Below, in pieces: positions 63,871 to 64,000 of a stretch of 64,000 nt of DNA. The notes below the pieces were generated by a model. It made no database searches and was not told where the DNA came from. It saw only the letters and a list, made by a program, of their open reading frames with translations. The stretch is taken from sequence record MN445183.1. One strand, 5' to 3'. The number at the start of each line of letters is the position of its first letter. The stretch's first letter is position 1. The translations under genes were made by a program, and so were the position numbers.

Positions 63871-64000
63871 ATGACTAAACTCGATGAAGTACTCAGCCGG
63901 GTTAATGCGATTGTTCACGCTGAAAACTCCGAACGTTTTGACGAGCTACGGATTGCGGCGGTAGAATCATTTACCTTACTTGATGGATTACTGTGTAAGG
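63871..64000 (+). CDS. Partial CDS running off the window end
   Basis: ATG 2 nt after the previous stop; open to 64000 (MTKLDEVLSRVNAIVHAENSE...). Confidence 0.55.
   Translation, partial: MTKLDEVLSRVNAIVHAENSERFDELRIAAVESFTLLDGLLCK

Noticed and set aside
1-64000. tRNA genes, CRISPR arrays, reverse transcriptase/DGR/retron, transposase, integrase
   Set aside because: I saw no cloverleaf with a TTC-loop, no regularly spaced direct repeats and no YxDD/DDE/tyrosine-recombinase motifs. Visual scan only; tRNAscan/CRISPR finders were not run.

Overview
This window is part of a phiKZ-like (Chimalliviridae-type) jumbo myophage genome. The assignment comes from motif and gene-order recognition, with no database search. 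1-31.7 kb is a conserved core block: an N-terminal beta-type subunit of the multisubunit phage RNA polymerase, a Q/P-rich protein, a probable portal with a long acidic tail, baseplate/virion proteins, a RuvC resolvase, a holin candidate with overlapping i-/o-spanins, four related tail-fibre-type genes, a gpV-like spike and an SbcC/Rad50 ATPase. 31.7-64 kb is an all-plus-strand accessory region: signal-peptide SLT endolysin, QueC-like PP-loop protein, HAD nucleotidase, TPM-like/LemA-like membrane pair, AlpA-like HTH, Lar-like protein, DEDD exonuclease, ThyA, PnuC, an HD hydrolase and many small unknown genes. Non-coding signals: five copies of an early-promoter-like motif (TTT(C/T)ARnnCTAYATKACnnnnRTG), canonical hairpin-poly(T) terminators, and a second, strongly enriched hairpin class followed by TTATGCCG instead of a U-tract. 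The best candidates for new biology are the TTATGCCG hairpin class, two structured ~190-nt intergenic RNA candidates (one with a 12-nt perfect complement of the 16S rRNA 3' end), a prohead-protease-like protein with apparently swapped His/Ser, an orphan Zn-less QueC-like enzyme, and the LemA/TPM-like module. I found no tRNA, CRISPR array, integrase, reverse transcriptase or transposase.
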